Notes under the pieces: model-generated
Told to the model about the DNA's origin: nothing
Databases searched by the model: none
Seen by the model: only the letters and a program-made list of their open reading frames with translations
Translations under genes and position numbers: made by a program
Source: Octopus bimaculoides
Taxonomy: Eukaryota
Assembly: GCF_001194135.2 (NCBI RefSeq)
Contig: NC_068984.1
Coordinates: 70,931,586-70,993,889, forward strand
Direction: 5' to 3'
Length of the DNA stretch: 62,304 nt
Shown here: positions 1 to 12,274 of the stretch, in pieces
How positions within the stretch are numbered: the first letter of the stretch is position 1
Layout of the letters: each line of letters starts with the position of its first letter

Positions 1-198
1 CTTCCTGTTTCTGTTGTGCCTGTAATTCAAAGGGCCAACCTTGTCACACTGTGTCATGCTGAATATCCCCAAGAACTATGTTAAGGCTACACGTATCTGT
101 GGTGTGCTCAGCCACTTGCATGTTAGTTTCACGAGCAGGCTGTTCCGTTTATCGGATCAACCGGAACCCTTGACGTCATAAGCGACGGAGTGCCAACA
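1..198. mobile_element. Fragment of an octopod interspersed repeat (SINE-like), cut by the window edge
   Basis: GC-richer than the background and resembles a common octopus SINE body I recall (gtcacactgtgtcatgctgaatatcccc...ggagtgcca). No database check. Confidence 0.4.
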
Positions 199-2061
199 AA
201 TACTATAATAAATGAGGGAATGGTCATGGTTTGAATATTTTAATCATGGGTCTGCTTGATCAAGGCTGACTTGGAGTTAAACAACAATCTGGTGATCATG
301 TGGAGACCTATAGAATATATTTCCAGTTGATAATTTGTAGTAGTACAGGCAAAAATTAATACTTGTTAAAAGATATTTTTTATTGGCAATAAATATACTT
401 ACTTACCTTTTTATGAAGTTTATCTTCAACTTGAACCTCCAACAACTAATGTTTTCAATTGGGTTCAGTGAAAATATCTCCAAGAAGAAAAATGTATGTA
501 GAAAAAAAATTGGTTTTCATTTCATAATTCATCAAATTCACTAAATTGTAATAAAGAAAAAAAAAAAAACTCTCCTGAAATCTCTAATTATGAATCATCA
601 ATTTCAATAAAAGTGTAGTTAAAACACAGTTTGAGTGGTAGCAATTTAGAATTGTATTTAATTTCATGAGAACATTTGATATTGAATAAAACACGAGTCG
701 GAATGCAAAGAGCATTGATTAAAACAGCAAACAAATAGAAATTTATTAATATTTAATTAAAATTAAGAGAAATTAACAACATAAGTATACATACATACAT
801 ATATATACACATGCACACACACACACATGCACATATATATACATATATGTGTATATATANNNNNNNNNNNNNNNNNNNNNNNNNNNNNNNNNNNNNNNNN
901 NNNNNNNNNNNNNNNNNNNNNNNNNNNNNNNNNNNNNNNNNNNNNNNNNNNNNNNNNNNNNNNNNNNNNNNNNNNNNNNNNNNNNNNNNNNNNNNNNNNN
1001 NNNNNNNNNNNNNNNNNNNNNNNNNNNNNNNNNNNNNNNNNNNNNNNNNNNNNNNNNNNNNNNNNNNNNNNNNNNNNNNNNNNNNNNNNNNNNNNNNNNN
1101 NNNNNNNNNNNNNNNNNNNNNNNNNNNNNNNNNNNNNNNNNNNNNNNNNNNNNNNNNNNNNNNNNNNNNNNNNNNNNNNNNNNNNNNNNNNNNNNNNNNN
1201 NNNNNNNNNNNNNNNNNNNNNNNNNNNNNNNNNNNNNNNNNNNNNNNNNNNNNNNNNNNNNNNNACAAGTTAAACAAATTATACAAGAAACAAAAAAGAA
1301 AATTACACTGGGGAAAAAAGTAAACATAAGTACAAATATAAATAAGAGATTCACTCTAACTGAAAATAAATTAATTTTTGCTAATAAAATTGTCCTTTAA
1401 AATTTGTCTTTTTATTGAAAATTTCTTCTTTTCCTATAAAAATGATCAAGTAATATGAACACTGGTATAATTTCTCTTAGAAATAATCTCTCATATAGAA
1501 ATATATATTCAAGATACGTTACATATGAAATATATTTGTTTCTGTTTTCATTATGTTTGTATATATTTTTCCCTCAAATTTCCCTTATTTGAGTATTTCT
1601 TCATCGAAAATTTAATATCAGTCTAAAAGGCAATCTAATATTTTAATTCTCAATTTAATTATATGTAAGATACTATGGATTTTTAAAGGTGTGCTCTAAT
1701 TCAGCTTTGGCATTCATTAAGTTTTGGATCTTCATCGTTGTTGCTGTTCAACCCTAAATCCATCATAATGAAGTAGCCTTATGACCAAAAGTATTCCAGC
1801 TGCAACCCTCTCATTTTTATGTATATTGTTTTTCAATAAATCATTATTTTGTCAAGCTATTTAAGATGCAATTAGAAAATTTTGCTACTATTTATCATAC
1901 ATCTAGCAACTGTGAAGCAGTTTCTTTGTTTTATTTACTCCTGAACAATCACATCTTTGTCAGATTTAAACACAGAATAAGAGGGATTTTTACTAAATAC
2001 TGTAAGGTAAAATGTCCAGCCCATCATTGATTCTGGCAAGTACTAATGATAACAACAACAA

Positions 2062-2228
2062 CAACAACAACAGCAATAGTAATGGTTTCAAATTCTGGCA
2101 CAAAGCCAGCAAATTTGTGGCTGGGGATAAGTCAATTACATGAATTCCAGTGCTTAACTGGTAATTATTTTATTGAGCTTGAAAGGAAGAAAGGCAACGC
2201 CAACCTCAGTGGAATCTGAATTCACAAA
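2062..2228 (-). mobile_element. tRNA-derived SINE fragment (OK/OR-like family A)
   Basis: Matches the reverse complement of the plus-strand family copies at 34409-34622 and 42245-42501. Confidence 0.6.
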
Positions 2229-2489
2229 GTTAACTCCCACTCTCTCTCTAGGTAACTGTTTCTGCCCACATTCTTGTTAATTCACACTCCCTTTCTTTCC
2301 CTCTCTTTCTTTTCTACTCTCTCTCTATCTCTCTCTTTCTTTTCTACCCTCTCTCTCTCACTCGGCTGAGTAACCATGGACCACCTGTACAACAAGACAC
2401 CTGTTTTTGCCTCTCTATCTCATTCCAATCTTTCATCTCCTCCTCCAATGCCCGTTCCCCTCTCAAAGACCCTTTATCTTGCAAAGTCA

Positions 2490-2778
2490 CTTGGTGGCCC
2501 ACTAGTGCAGGTACCACTTAGAAAGCACCCAGTCCTCACTGTAAAGTGGTTGGCATTTGGAAGGGCATCCAGCAGTAAAAACCATGCCAAAACTGACCTC
2601 ACCTGTGTGAGTGCCATGTAAAAAGCACTCAGCCCACTCTACGGAGCGGTTGGTGTTAGGAAGGGCATCAAACTGTGAAAAGCATGCCAAACAAGAATGG
2701 CATAGGCCTGGCCAGCTCCTGTCGAACTGTCCAACCAATGCCAGCATGGAATGTGGATGTTAAACGATGATGATGATG
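2490..2778 (+). mobile_element. RTE LINE 3'-tail copy with (GAT)n tail
   Basis: Contains gtggttggcatttggaagggcatccagc...ccagcatggaa...gttaaacgatgatgatgatg, which matches the 3' UTR attached to the RTE ORF at 22837-24256. Confidence 0.7.
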
Positions 2779-2847
2779 AATGTGGAGTCAGATGAAATCT
2801 GCTAAGCATTATACCTGGTGTACTAATGATTCTGCCAGATTGCCATC

Positions 2848-2848
<1 letters not shown>

Positions 2849-2900
<52 letters not shown>
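2849..2900. repeat. (TAA)17 microsatellite
   Basis: Perfect trinucleotide run directly upstream of the Dong/R4 fragment. Confidence 0.95.
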
Positions 2901-3475
2901 CATTCAAACTGACAGAAAGATAGACACAAATAGGCCAGACATCATACTGAAAGACTTCAGACAAAAATCATGCCTCCTCATTGATATGANNNNNNNNNNN
3001 NNNNNNNNNNNNNNNNNNTGATATGACTGTCCCAATTGATATAAACGTATCTGTCAAGACCTACCAAAAACTGAGCAAATATAAAGATCTTGAAATAGAA
3101 ATTAGCAAAATGTGGAATCTGAAGACGAAAACAATACCTATTGTCATAGGTGCCCTGGGAATGACAGCGAAACGGGCTGATTACTACCTAGCTCAGATAC
3201 CAGGAAACCCCAAAATGGCTGAAGTCCAAAAGATAGTGCTCATGGGAACTGCCCATATCCTACGTAAAATACTGTCTATGTGATCTCAAATTTTAAAGCA
3301 AACATAATTTTCTTATGGTTTCTTAAACATTCACTTGAACAAAACTGTACAAATCCAAATATATGGTACCCTAGGCATAACACCTACATGAACTTCTAAC
3401 TTGTTGTCTCTTGAGGTCTCTGGGTGAGACTTGGATCCAACTTGTACAAATGCAAAACAAAAGTCAAACATAAAA
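2901..3475 (+). mobile_element. 5'-truncated R4/Dong-clade non-LTR retrotransposon (REL endonuclease C-terminus and 3' UTR)
   Basis: Translates IQTDRKIDTNRPDIILKDFRQKSCLLIDM before the gap, then DMTVPIDINVSVKTYQKLSKYKDLEIEISKMWNLKTKTIPIVIGALG...TAHILRKILSM*. This carries the RPD..D..K REL motifs, and both flanks are (TAA)n. Confidence 0.9.
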
Positions 3476-3914
3476 TAATAATAATAATAATATTAACAAT
3501 GACAATGATGATGATGATTCATTTTCCTTTTCTTTGCTGCTTCACACATTGAAAAAAATAGTCATTAACATTGAAGAGGTAATAAGAATGCAAACCGATA
3601 ATGGTTAATAAGTCTTGATAGATTCTTGTACTACTAATTAAGTTACTTTTAAAATTCTATTACATGTCATCTAATATAAATTTGCATTGCTAACTTTTGC
3701 ACTAATTGCCATCAGGCCAGCCCTTGGCACACTTGAAATCAGCATAACACAATTGCACAATCTAGAACAAAGCATGCAAAACAATACAAATGAAACATCA
3801 TCAATCAATTCAAAATTAAAACAGAAAAGCATACTTTGCATTTGGTTAACAGGACATATGGAAAATGGATTGTGCACGATGGTGCCTTATTAAAAATAAA
3901 TAAAATATTACCTT

Positions 3915-4135
3915 TTAATGATGGTTTCAAATTTTGGCACATGGTCAATAATTTTCTGGAAGTGGGTATGTCAATTATATCGACCCCATTTCTCAATGGG
4001 TATTTATTTTATTGACCCTAGAAAGATGAAAAATAAAATTGACTTTGGTAGAATTTGAACACACAATGTAAAGTTGGACGAAATTGTGCGAAGCATTTTG
4101 CTGGGCATGCTAATGATTCTGCCAGTTCATTACCT
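3915..4135 (-). mobile_element. tRNA-derived SINE, family A
   Basis: Reverse complement carries the ggcagaatcattagca...cttcgcacaatttcgtcc...ttcaaattc head and core. Confidence 0.7.
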
Positions 4136-4151
4136 TGATGTACTCTCAATA

Positions 4152-4368
4152 ATTGTTTTGAATTTTGGCCCAATGCCAGCAATTTTGGAGAAGATTTTAA
4201 GTCAATTAACTTGACCCCAGTGTATAACTGGTACTTATTTTATTGATCCCAAAGGATGAAAGGCATAGTAAACCCCAAAGGAATTTGAACACAGAACGGA
4301 AACATGGACAAAATGCCACTAAGCATTTTTCCTTGTGTGCTAACGATTCTGCCACCTTGCTGTCTCCA
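4152..4368 (-). mobile_element. tRNA-derived SINE, family A (second tandem copy)
   Basis: Same head and core motifs as the adjacent copy at 3915-4135. Confidence 0.7.
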
Positions 4369-4878
4369 AATACCCTTTAATAATGATTTAAGTGGCGGTG
4401 CTAGTCTTTATATCTGAAGACCAATACATAAAACTGAAAAATCACAAATGCTCCCACTTTTCTTAGTAAAGATATATTTTACGGCGACAGCATAACCTTC
4501 TAGAAAAAGAAGATAACTATTATTATTTACATTTATTATATCATATCTGACAACAAAATAACTCTGATTTTGAAGAAACTTTGAATTGCAAATATGCAAA
4601 TATTACATCAAATATTATATTAAACTGAAACCAATGCTATACTTATAAGGAAAATGTGTATATTGGTTATCAATTTAAGAGCAAGGCCATACATTATGAG
4701 GAAAAGTGTTGGTAGCAGTGTATCAAAAGAATTTGACTGGCAGTATATTTGATCAATCCTGAAACAAGGATAGGCAAAGAGGGCCTTGACAGGATTTAAA
4801 TTAAATATCAAGAAGGAATATATAAGGAATAAAAGGAAAAGCAAAAGTTTCAGCATCTTCATCATCGTAATTGTCACT

Positions 4879-4879
4879 G

Positions 4880-4971
<92 letters not shown>
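4879..4971. repeat. (ATC)n microsatellite
   Basis: Perfect run that produces the poly-M, poly-I and poly-D ORFs in the track. Confidence 0.95.
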
Positions 4972-4972
<1 letters not shown>

Positions 4973-5247
4973 CCACCACCAGTACTCCACCACATATCTT
5001 CTTATCATCGTTTGTAGTTTCTGCATTTGTGTAAGTTGAACCCACCTTCTCCAAAGACCATCACACTACTTGTTGCAGTTCTTTATATTCTCATTTCTGA
5101 GTTTCAGCCTCATGAGATTTACCTTCATCATTTCTTCTCATCATAATTATGATGATGTTGATGGTTATTAAGATGAGAATAACAATTAAAAATGTGATGA
5201 CAGTCATATATATATATATATATACACACACATACATACATATATAA

Positions 5248-5283
<36 letters not shown>

Positions 5284-5565
5284 NNNNNNNNNNNNNNNNN
5301 NNNNNNNNNNNNNNNNNNNNNNNNNNNNNNNNNNNNNNNNNNNNNNNNNNNNNNNNNNNNNNNNNNNNNNNNNNNNNNNNNNNNNNNNNNNNNNNNNNNN
5401 NNNNNNNNNNNNNNNNNNNNNNNNNNNNNNNNNNNNNNNNNNNNNNNNNNNNNNNNNNNNNNNNNNNNNNNNNNNNNNNNNNNNNNNNNNNNNNNNNNNN
5501 NNNNNNNNNNNNNNNNNNNNNNNNATATATATATATATATATATATATTTGTATATAGAGAGAGA

Positions 5566-5606
<41 letters not shown>

Positions 5607-7457
5607 AGTGTATGTGCATATGCGTGTAGACGTGCATAGTTATATATGTATATATGCACATATGCACATTCACATGCATGCAAACATACATATGCATTGT
5701 TTTTTTTGCCAACTTTTTTAATGGTGGCACTTCAGAATTAAGAGGAGCAGAAATGAGAAGTTTTGGTTATTTAATTAAATTTTCTGTTAGCAATTCAGTT
5801 AATATTTGTCTGATATTACCTCAGGCAAGTAATTTGGTAACTGGTAAACTTGTTACAGCTCCATCTCAAGATGTTAAGAACTGTTGAAGCTTAAAGAAAT
5901 CCGTTACTGAACAAACACATTACTTATTAACTTCTAGATTGAAAAATATCATGCATTGTCAAATAGATGGAATTGGGTTCTAAATAGAAAAGAAGAGGAG
6001 GAAGAAATACTGGAAGGATGAGGAGAATTTGGAGAAGAAATAGGAAGAGAAAAAGAAAGAGAAAGAGAAGGAGGAAGAGAAAAAGAAAGAGAAGAAATGG
6101 AAAAGAACAAACAATTAAAAGAAAATGCTATTTAGATGTTAGCCTATAAGAATGTCTTCCTCTTGCATGGATATATTACAGGTCATTGCACTAACTTCTC
6201 AGATCAGTCAGTGTAAATGTCTCTCACTTAGTGCTTACACATACACACACACACACACACACTCACACACGTGCCAATACATACAGGTATAGATAGATAA
6301 ATAGATAGATAGATAAACACATTATTAAATGTTCAAGAGGCTCAACATCTGAAGAGAATTCAATATAATTATACAGATAAATAGTTATATTGTAATACCT
6401 ATTAACCAATATTGACATAGTATAATTAAGAGAGCCTTCAATACTGCTCAGAATGTTTTTAGATCTATCGTAGAAAACACTTGCCTAAGTTGCAACACGG
6501 TGTAACTAAATCTGAAAATATGCAATTTCAAAGAAAATTTCTTAATCAAATAGCCATGCCTGCAGATATAGATTTTGTGTCATTCAATTTTCAGCTAATA
6601 CAATTGCAAAAATCATATTTATTTCAACACATCATACCTACAAATTCATAGATTTCAAGTGAAAATCAAGTGGTCTCTATTTTTACCACACCATGTTTGA
6701 ATCATATTGTTTCCACATCATGCACATAGCATCACACTGAGTGGGAAGCACTTCCTGGACATTATTTAAAATGCATCTCCACTGAATGAAGTGAAATGTA
6801 CAACTTTATCTATTCAATTATATAGGGAACACTTATATAGCACCTGTGAACAACTTAATCTTAATATTAAATATATTTTAGTATATCTATTCAAATATAA
6901 TTTAGCATTAGCCATCAACGTCTGTTTTAATGGCATGAGTAATTCAGATGTGTTTATCTATATGTGTATATATGTGTGTGCATGTGTGAGTATACATACA
7001 TACATACACATATAAGTATGTGTAAGCACATATATATATGATTTGATTCGCCAGCTCACTTTAATTCATCCTCAGTCAAAAGACACCTGTTGTTATATTC
7101 TTGTTTGTATTGGTAATTGTGGACCATGTTCTCTGTATTTTTTTTTTGTCTTTGTTGTCATACACATTCGCTAGCTTTCTTACAAAAAATCTAATGCTCT
7201 TAACTTAGACTTATTTTGGGGCAACAAGATCAAACAGTCCCAGATGTAACTGCCTGAAACTGTAAGGTCATCTGAGAACTTGACTGATGAAAGAAAGCCA
7301 CAAATGACCCGTCCTTTTTTTCTTGTCCCTCTAATTGTTGTTTTTCCTGTCCACTGTTTTACTGTCTATCTGTCTGTATGTTTTATTGTCCTCTATTGCA
7401 CTTTTGTTCCATTTTTTAATATCTATATGTGTGTGTATATACATATATACACACACA

Positions 7458-8330
7458 CAGAGGGTGTGATGGGTAAATCACCACTATATTATTTCTAATT
7501 TCGTACATGCTCATTGTTTTTTTTTTTATTTCGTCAGCTACACATTATAGTAGGCTCAGTTGGGCACCATCTATAAGATAAACAGCACCATGACATTTGC
7601 TCTGCCAGAAATTTGGAAACGACATACTGTACTGCTTGGCATTCACACCAGAAACTCTAGTACACACATTTCAGAATGTTTGGGTGTCAATCTGAGGACA
7701 GTGCATTTACCAAGAGTGATAAAAATCAAATATCCAGTCAACAACATGATTTTTGGAGTGACCACTAGTGATGACAATGTTATGCCTCCATTTATCTTCC
7801 CGCATGGCCTCAAACTCAGCACTGAGGCCTACATCAAGTGCCTAGAAGAAGTAGAGCAGCTCTGGGTTGAGAGTGTGGCTGTTGGAAGACCCTATGTCTG
7901 GTGACAGGACTCTGCACCATGCCACAGAAGCAGGAGAACCCAGTCATGGCTGTCAGACAATTTCTGTAACCACATTACCCCTAACATCTGGCCACCTAAC
8001 TTTTCAGGCTGCAACCCCTTAATAATTATGTGTGGGCACAGTTGAGTGAGAGTCCAACAAAACTGCTTGTAACACCAAAGATGAACTGAAGGCAAGGGTT
8101 ATGGCAGCATTCACCAGCTTATACAAGGAGACCATCCAGAAGAGTTACAGGAGATTCTGAAGTCGTCTGGAGGCTGGGGTTAAAGCCAACAGAGATTATA
8201 TTGAATAAATTTACTGTTTAGTATTTCAAGATATTTTTATGTAATTTGGTAAATATATCTGTTAAAATGAGATGTCAGTGTTATTTTCATTTTTGCGTAA
8301 TTTAGACGACAATATATTCACCACACCCTG
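7458..8330 (+). mobile_element. Internally deleted Tc1/mariner element, DD37D (maT-like)
   Basis: Imperfect TIRs: agggtgtgatgggtaaat on the left and cagggtgtggtgaatatat as the reverse complement on the right, which is followed by TA. ATG at 7590 starts an HTH-like segment, which joins VMPPFIF...W*QDSAPCH...WPPN..CNPL. There are 110 nt between the second D and the third acidic position. Confidence 0.85.
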
Positions 8331-8862
8331 TATATATAAGTTTATATGTATGTATATAAATATATGTGCTCTTAGATATATATATATAATATGTATATAT
8401 ATGTGTGTGTATGTGTGTGTACATATATACATACTAAACTAGAGTAAGAAAATAATTACAGCATAACGCAAAATCACGTACTAATTTTTTTGTCATTTAC
8501 CCCATTTTGAGATATCTACAAAGAACTGCAATTGACTATATTACAGCATAAATATTTTAATATACACATTTGTATAACTTATTTATATATGCTTTGATGT
8601 CATTATGAACTAGAACCTATATATCTATTTTATCTTTATTTTCATTGGCTCTCACACTGAGTTTTCTATTCCCAATTCAAGTAGATTATGTCTACCATCC
8701 TTTGTTGTTAGAGTTTAAATCTGAGCATTAATCTGTCTATATCTATTATACACCTTTTAACATACACCTACCCATTGTACCTACTTTACCTACCTACCTA
8801 CCTACCTACGTAAATACATACATACATACACACATGCATACAAATATATACTTATATATATA

Positions 8863-9935
8863 GGACAATTGGAAGTTCCTGCAGAACAGTCTGAGGGTTA
8901 TGGACGAAATCTGTGGTTGGTGCAGAGTCCCAGCTAGACCAAGGGGGACATGGTGGTGGAACAAGGAGGTTGATAGTACTATAAAGGCTGAAAGACAGAC
9001 TTGGAAAGACTAGAAAAATGGTGGAAGCAGAGAATTATATCAGGTAGCCAAAACGGGAGCTAGGCATCAGGTATACATAGCAAAAGGAGTAGCTGAAGGT
9101 AAGAGATCTGAAAATGTTCTACAGCATGAGGATCAGAGGCAAGAGGTATTCAGGATTGCAAATAGTGTATCAGAGAGAACAGAGATGTGGTAGGTGAGAA
9201 ATGTGTGTGAATGGATAGCGGTATGCTTGCACTTAGTGACTCAAAGAATAAAGATGCATTGAAGTGTCACTATGAGAGGTTGCTAAATGTGCAGAATCTT
9301 TAGCAGAAGAAATTCCAAATATGGAAATATAACCTGGAATCAATGGGCCTTAAAGTTAACTTAGCTAAGACTAAAGTTGTTGTTATTAAGAAAGAAGCTA
9401 TAATACTCTTTCCATCAGGTAAATGGCCCTGCTCAATATGTAGGAAAAGAGTTGGAAGAAATTCCATTTGCTGCACCCAGTGTAAACTATGGACATGTAA
9501 GAGGTACAGTGGAATCACAGGTAGAATAACAGATAAAGTCGTCTTTGTATGTGACAGGTGTGCAGGAACAATAAGCACTAAGAGCACACAGAACTTACAT
9601 TTTCTCAAGTGCCCAGGAGGCTCTCTTGAAGTTGCAGATATTTTCTGTTACCCAGGTAACCAACTTAGCAATGGTGGAGGATGCTCTGAAAGTATTGTTT
9701 CTAGAATAAGAATTGGGTGGAGGAAGTTCAGAGAGCAATTACCTCAGTTGGCAACAAAATGGCAGTCTCTCAGTTTGAAAGGTAGACTATATGATGCTTG
9801 TGTGCAAATGGTTATACTCCATGGTAGTAAGACATGGCCTCTAAATGCAGAAGACAAGTGTAGACTGGAGAGAAATGAAGGTAGTATGCACTGTCAGATA
9901 TGCAACATCAGTGCACATGTATGACAAAGTGCAAA
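8863..9935 (+). mobile_element. RTE-clade LINE fragment with the RT core deleted
   Basis: Linker DEICGWCR..WWWNKEVD...CHYERLLNV is fused at about 9290 to AESL...LESMGLKVNLAKTKV. This is followed by the Cys-rich WPCSICRKRVGRNSICCTQCKLW...CDRC segment and RIRIGWRKFRE...KGRLYDACV. Confidence 0.9.
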
Positions 9936-10074
9936 GTGCAGCAGGTGTTGAAGTGACTGCAGGGCAACGTGTGATGAAATATTTTGCTCAAGAGCACAAC
10001 ACACCACCAGGGCTAGGAATTGAAATCATGATCTAGTGATCATGAGCATAACACCCTAACCATTGGGTCATATA

Positions 10075-10210
10075 TAAGAAGGACATCCAGCCATAGAAAC
10101 CAAGCGAAATCTGACTGGAACTGCTACAGCTCTCTGGCTTACCAGTCCCAGTGAAGCCATCTAACCCATGCCAGCATGGAAAGCAGATGCTAAATGATGA
10201 TGATGATGAT
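10075..10210 (+). mobile_element. RTE 3'-tail copy with (GAT)n tail
   Basis: aaggacatccagcc...ccatgccagcatggaaagcagatgctaaatgatgatgatg. Confidence 0.7.
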
Positions 10211-11309
10211 ACACATAATATGCACACACATATTTGTAGAAGTGTGTGTATGTATATCTATGTGTTTTTCTCCTACTGTGTTAATATCTCTGTCTCTGTA
10301 ACTTACATGTTTTTAAAGAAAACTATTAGAATAAACATCCACTTAAAATAAGAACTGGATCAACTTTTTCAACTAAATGCTGAGAAGTAGTATCTCAGGA
10401 TGGCTGTAGTCTAATGAATGAAGCAAATAAAAGAATGTAAGAATAATATATTTGCTCAAAGAAAGAACAGTCAGGTATTTCTTTTGCAGATAAAGAGTAA
10501 ACCACTTGTGACTTAGGTTTCAGTTCATTAGACTGTGTCAACATTTTGTGATCTACTTATTCCTGTATGTATGTAAATAGATTTTTACATGAAAAAGAAG
10601 TGTGCGTTTTGAACAAGAGCACTTTGCATAATTAAATACAAAAACAACTAAGGGAAATAAACTCTCAGAAATAAGCTACATTATGCTAATATGTTCAAAT
10701 AGCCTGAAATATACATCTTTAATTGTTCAGAGTCTGTAAATAAACTGAATCTTTTTGCCTTAGATATGTAACTGAAGAAATAATTCCCAACAACTGGAAA
10801 TTATCATATTTTATCTTGGAGGACACAAACAGTTGTTTTAAGTTTTTTTTTTTGTTTTTTTTTTTGCTCTGTACATTGTAAAGAAAATTTCAATAAATTA
10901 GGAATCTATTGTGTTGCGCACTCAGTACATGACCCTTTGATTTAAATACTCAATTTATGCTATTGTCCCCATTGCATTAAACAGTGTAAACAAACAAAGA
11001 TATACACACATATACATATATGTGAAGAGTTTGCAAACAGCCTTCTTATAGTCAAATTCATTCTAAAGGAACAGGTCAATAAGTGGCTAAAGAAGAAGAT
11101 ATTTGTCCAAGGTGCTTTGCAAAGAGGCTGAACCCAGAACCATGTAGATGCCAAATGAACAATAATCCTTAAGATCACAAAATAAGAATGAAACAAAGAA
11201 TCTTTCAGTTGACAATCACAACGTAAATGTAAAAACAAGTTATCATTAAATGTCATTGAAATAAAAGTTACCTTATTTCCATGTATAATCATATAGTCTA
11301 AAGGAGTGA

Positions 11310-12120
11310 GTCATATTTATTCTATTACATATATATCATCTATGTATATGATACATATATGATGCAAAACCACATTAAAATACAAATCCAAAACCAAGCA
11401 AAATACAAATATGAATGAAGAACGAAAAAGAAGAAAAGAAAAAAGAAGAGGAAGAAAGAAAAATACATCAATTCAACACCAAACATTGGTTGCACACTAC
11501 AAGGTTCAATGGAGCCCACTGAAGCAAGCCAACATGCTAGATGCATTACCATGGTTAATGGAGAGGCTAAGCCATTGGAACAGCCATGCACCCACACAAG
11601 CTTCAGCTGATGTCATGGTGAGGTGAGCTGCCAATGATGACAAAAACTTTGGTGTTAGCAGTCCAGTCTCTCCAAACATCTCAAATGCCACAGGCTGGAA
11701 GAAATGGGCAACAGAAGCAGTAACTCTTCCATTTATCATGGTATCCAGGATTTGGGAGAGACCAAAGGTGTTACAAACTGTGACATCCCAGATGAGGCAT
11801 CTACCTCTTACCCAGGGACAAAAGGTAAGACCATTTGGTCTCTTAACATCACTTCTGGATAATCTCGCTGGCTACAGAACTGAGAGAATATTAACTCAAG
11901 CCAGAGCTTACTTAGTGATTAAGTTTAGCTTGGTGTGATGAGCAAAACCACCAGCATTTATGAGGCAGGAGAAACCGTGAAGGCCTGTGGAGTCGTGAAG
12001 CCTACCACAGTGACATTTTAGTACCCCACAGACATTGGCTCCCACTCTGAGAGCAATGAAGATGCAGACCTCATCCAAACTAAACGAGATACTAAGAAAA
12101 GTTTGAGTGATTGCTTATGG
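11310..12120 (-). mobile_element. CRE-clade non-LTR retrotransposon 3' end (zinc knuckle and REL endonuclease), degenerate
   Basis: One minus-strand frame reads FIALRVGANVCGVLKCHCGRLHDSTGLHGFSCLINAGGFAHHTKLN..*..RSDVKRPNGLTFCPWVRGRCLIWDVTVCNT...HFFQPVAFEMFG...WLFQWLSLSINHGNASSMLAC. This matches the CRE-type motifs RPDG, WDxT and FQRLSxAxQRGNA. A T-rich 3' UTR follows, with AATAAA at 11316-11321. Confidence 0.85.
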
Positions 12121-12274
12121 AAGATGGCTTATTATGAAATAAAAAACACAAACTGCCGCATCATTTACAACTTTCAAGTGCTGTTAAGACTAGGAGGGAG
12201 TAACATGTACACGGATGCACACACACACATGCACACACACAAACACACACACACAAATACATACACGTGTGTCT

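Noticed and set aside
407-540. Minus-strand acceptor and GTAAGT donor pair
   Set aside because: All three frames contain stops, and a non-coding exon cannot be supported without RNA data.
753-1400. Long ORFs spanning N-gaps (also near 5.2, 14, 16.4, 22, 37, 57 and 60.5 kb)
   Set aside because: They are made of X runs and (TA)n/(CA)n translations, so they are assembly artefacts.
4620-5054. Poly-Met, poly-Asp and poly-Ile ORFs
   Set aside because: These are translations of an (ATC)n microsatellite.
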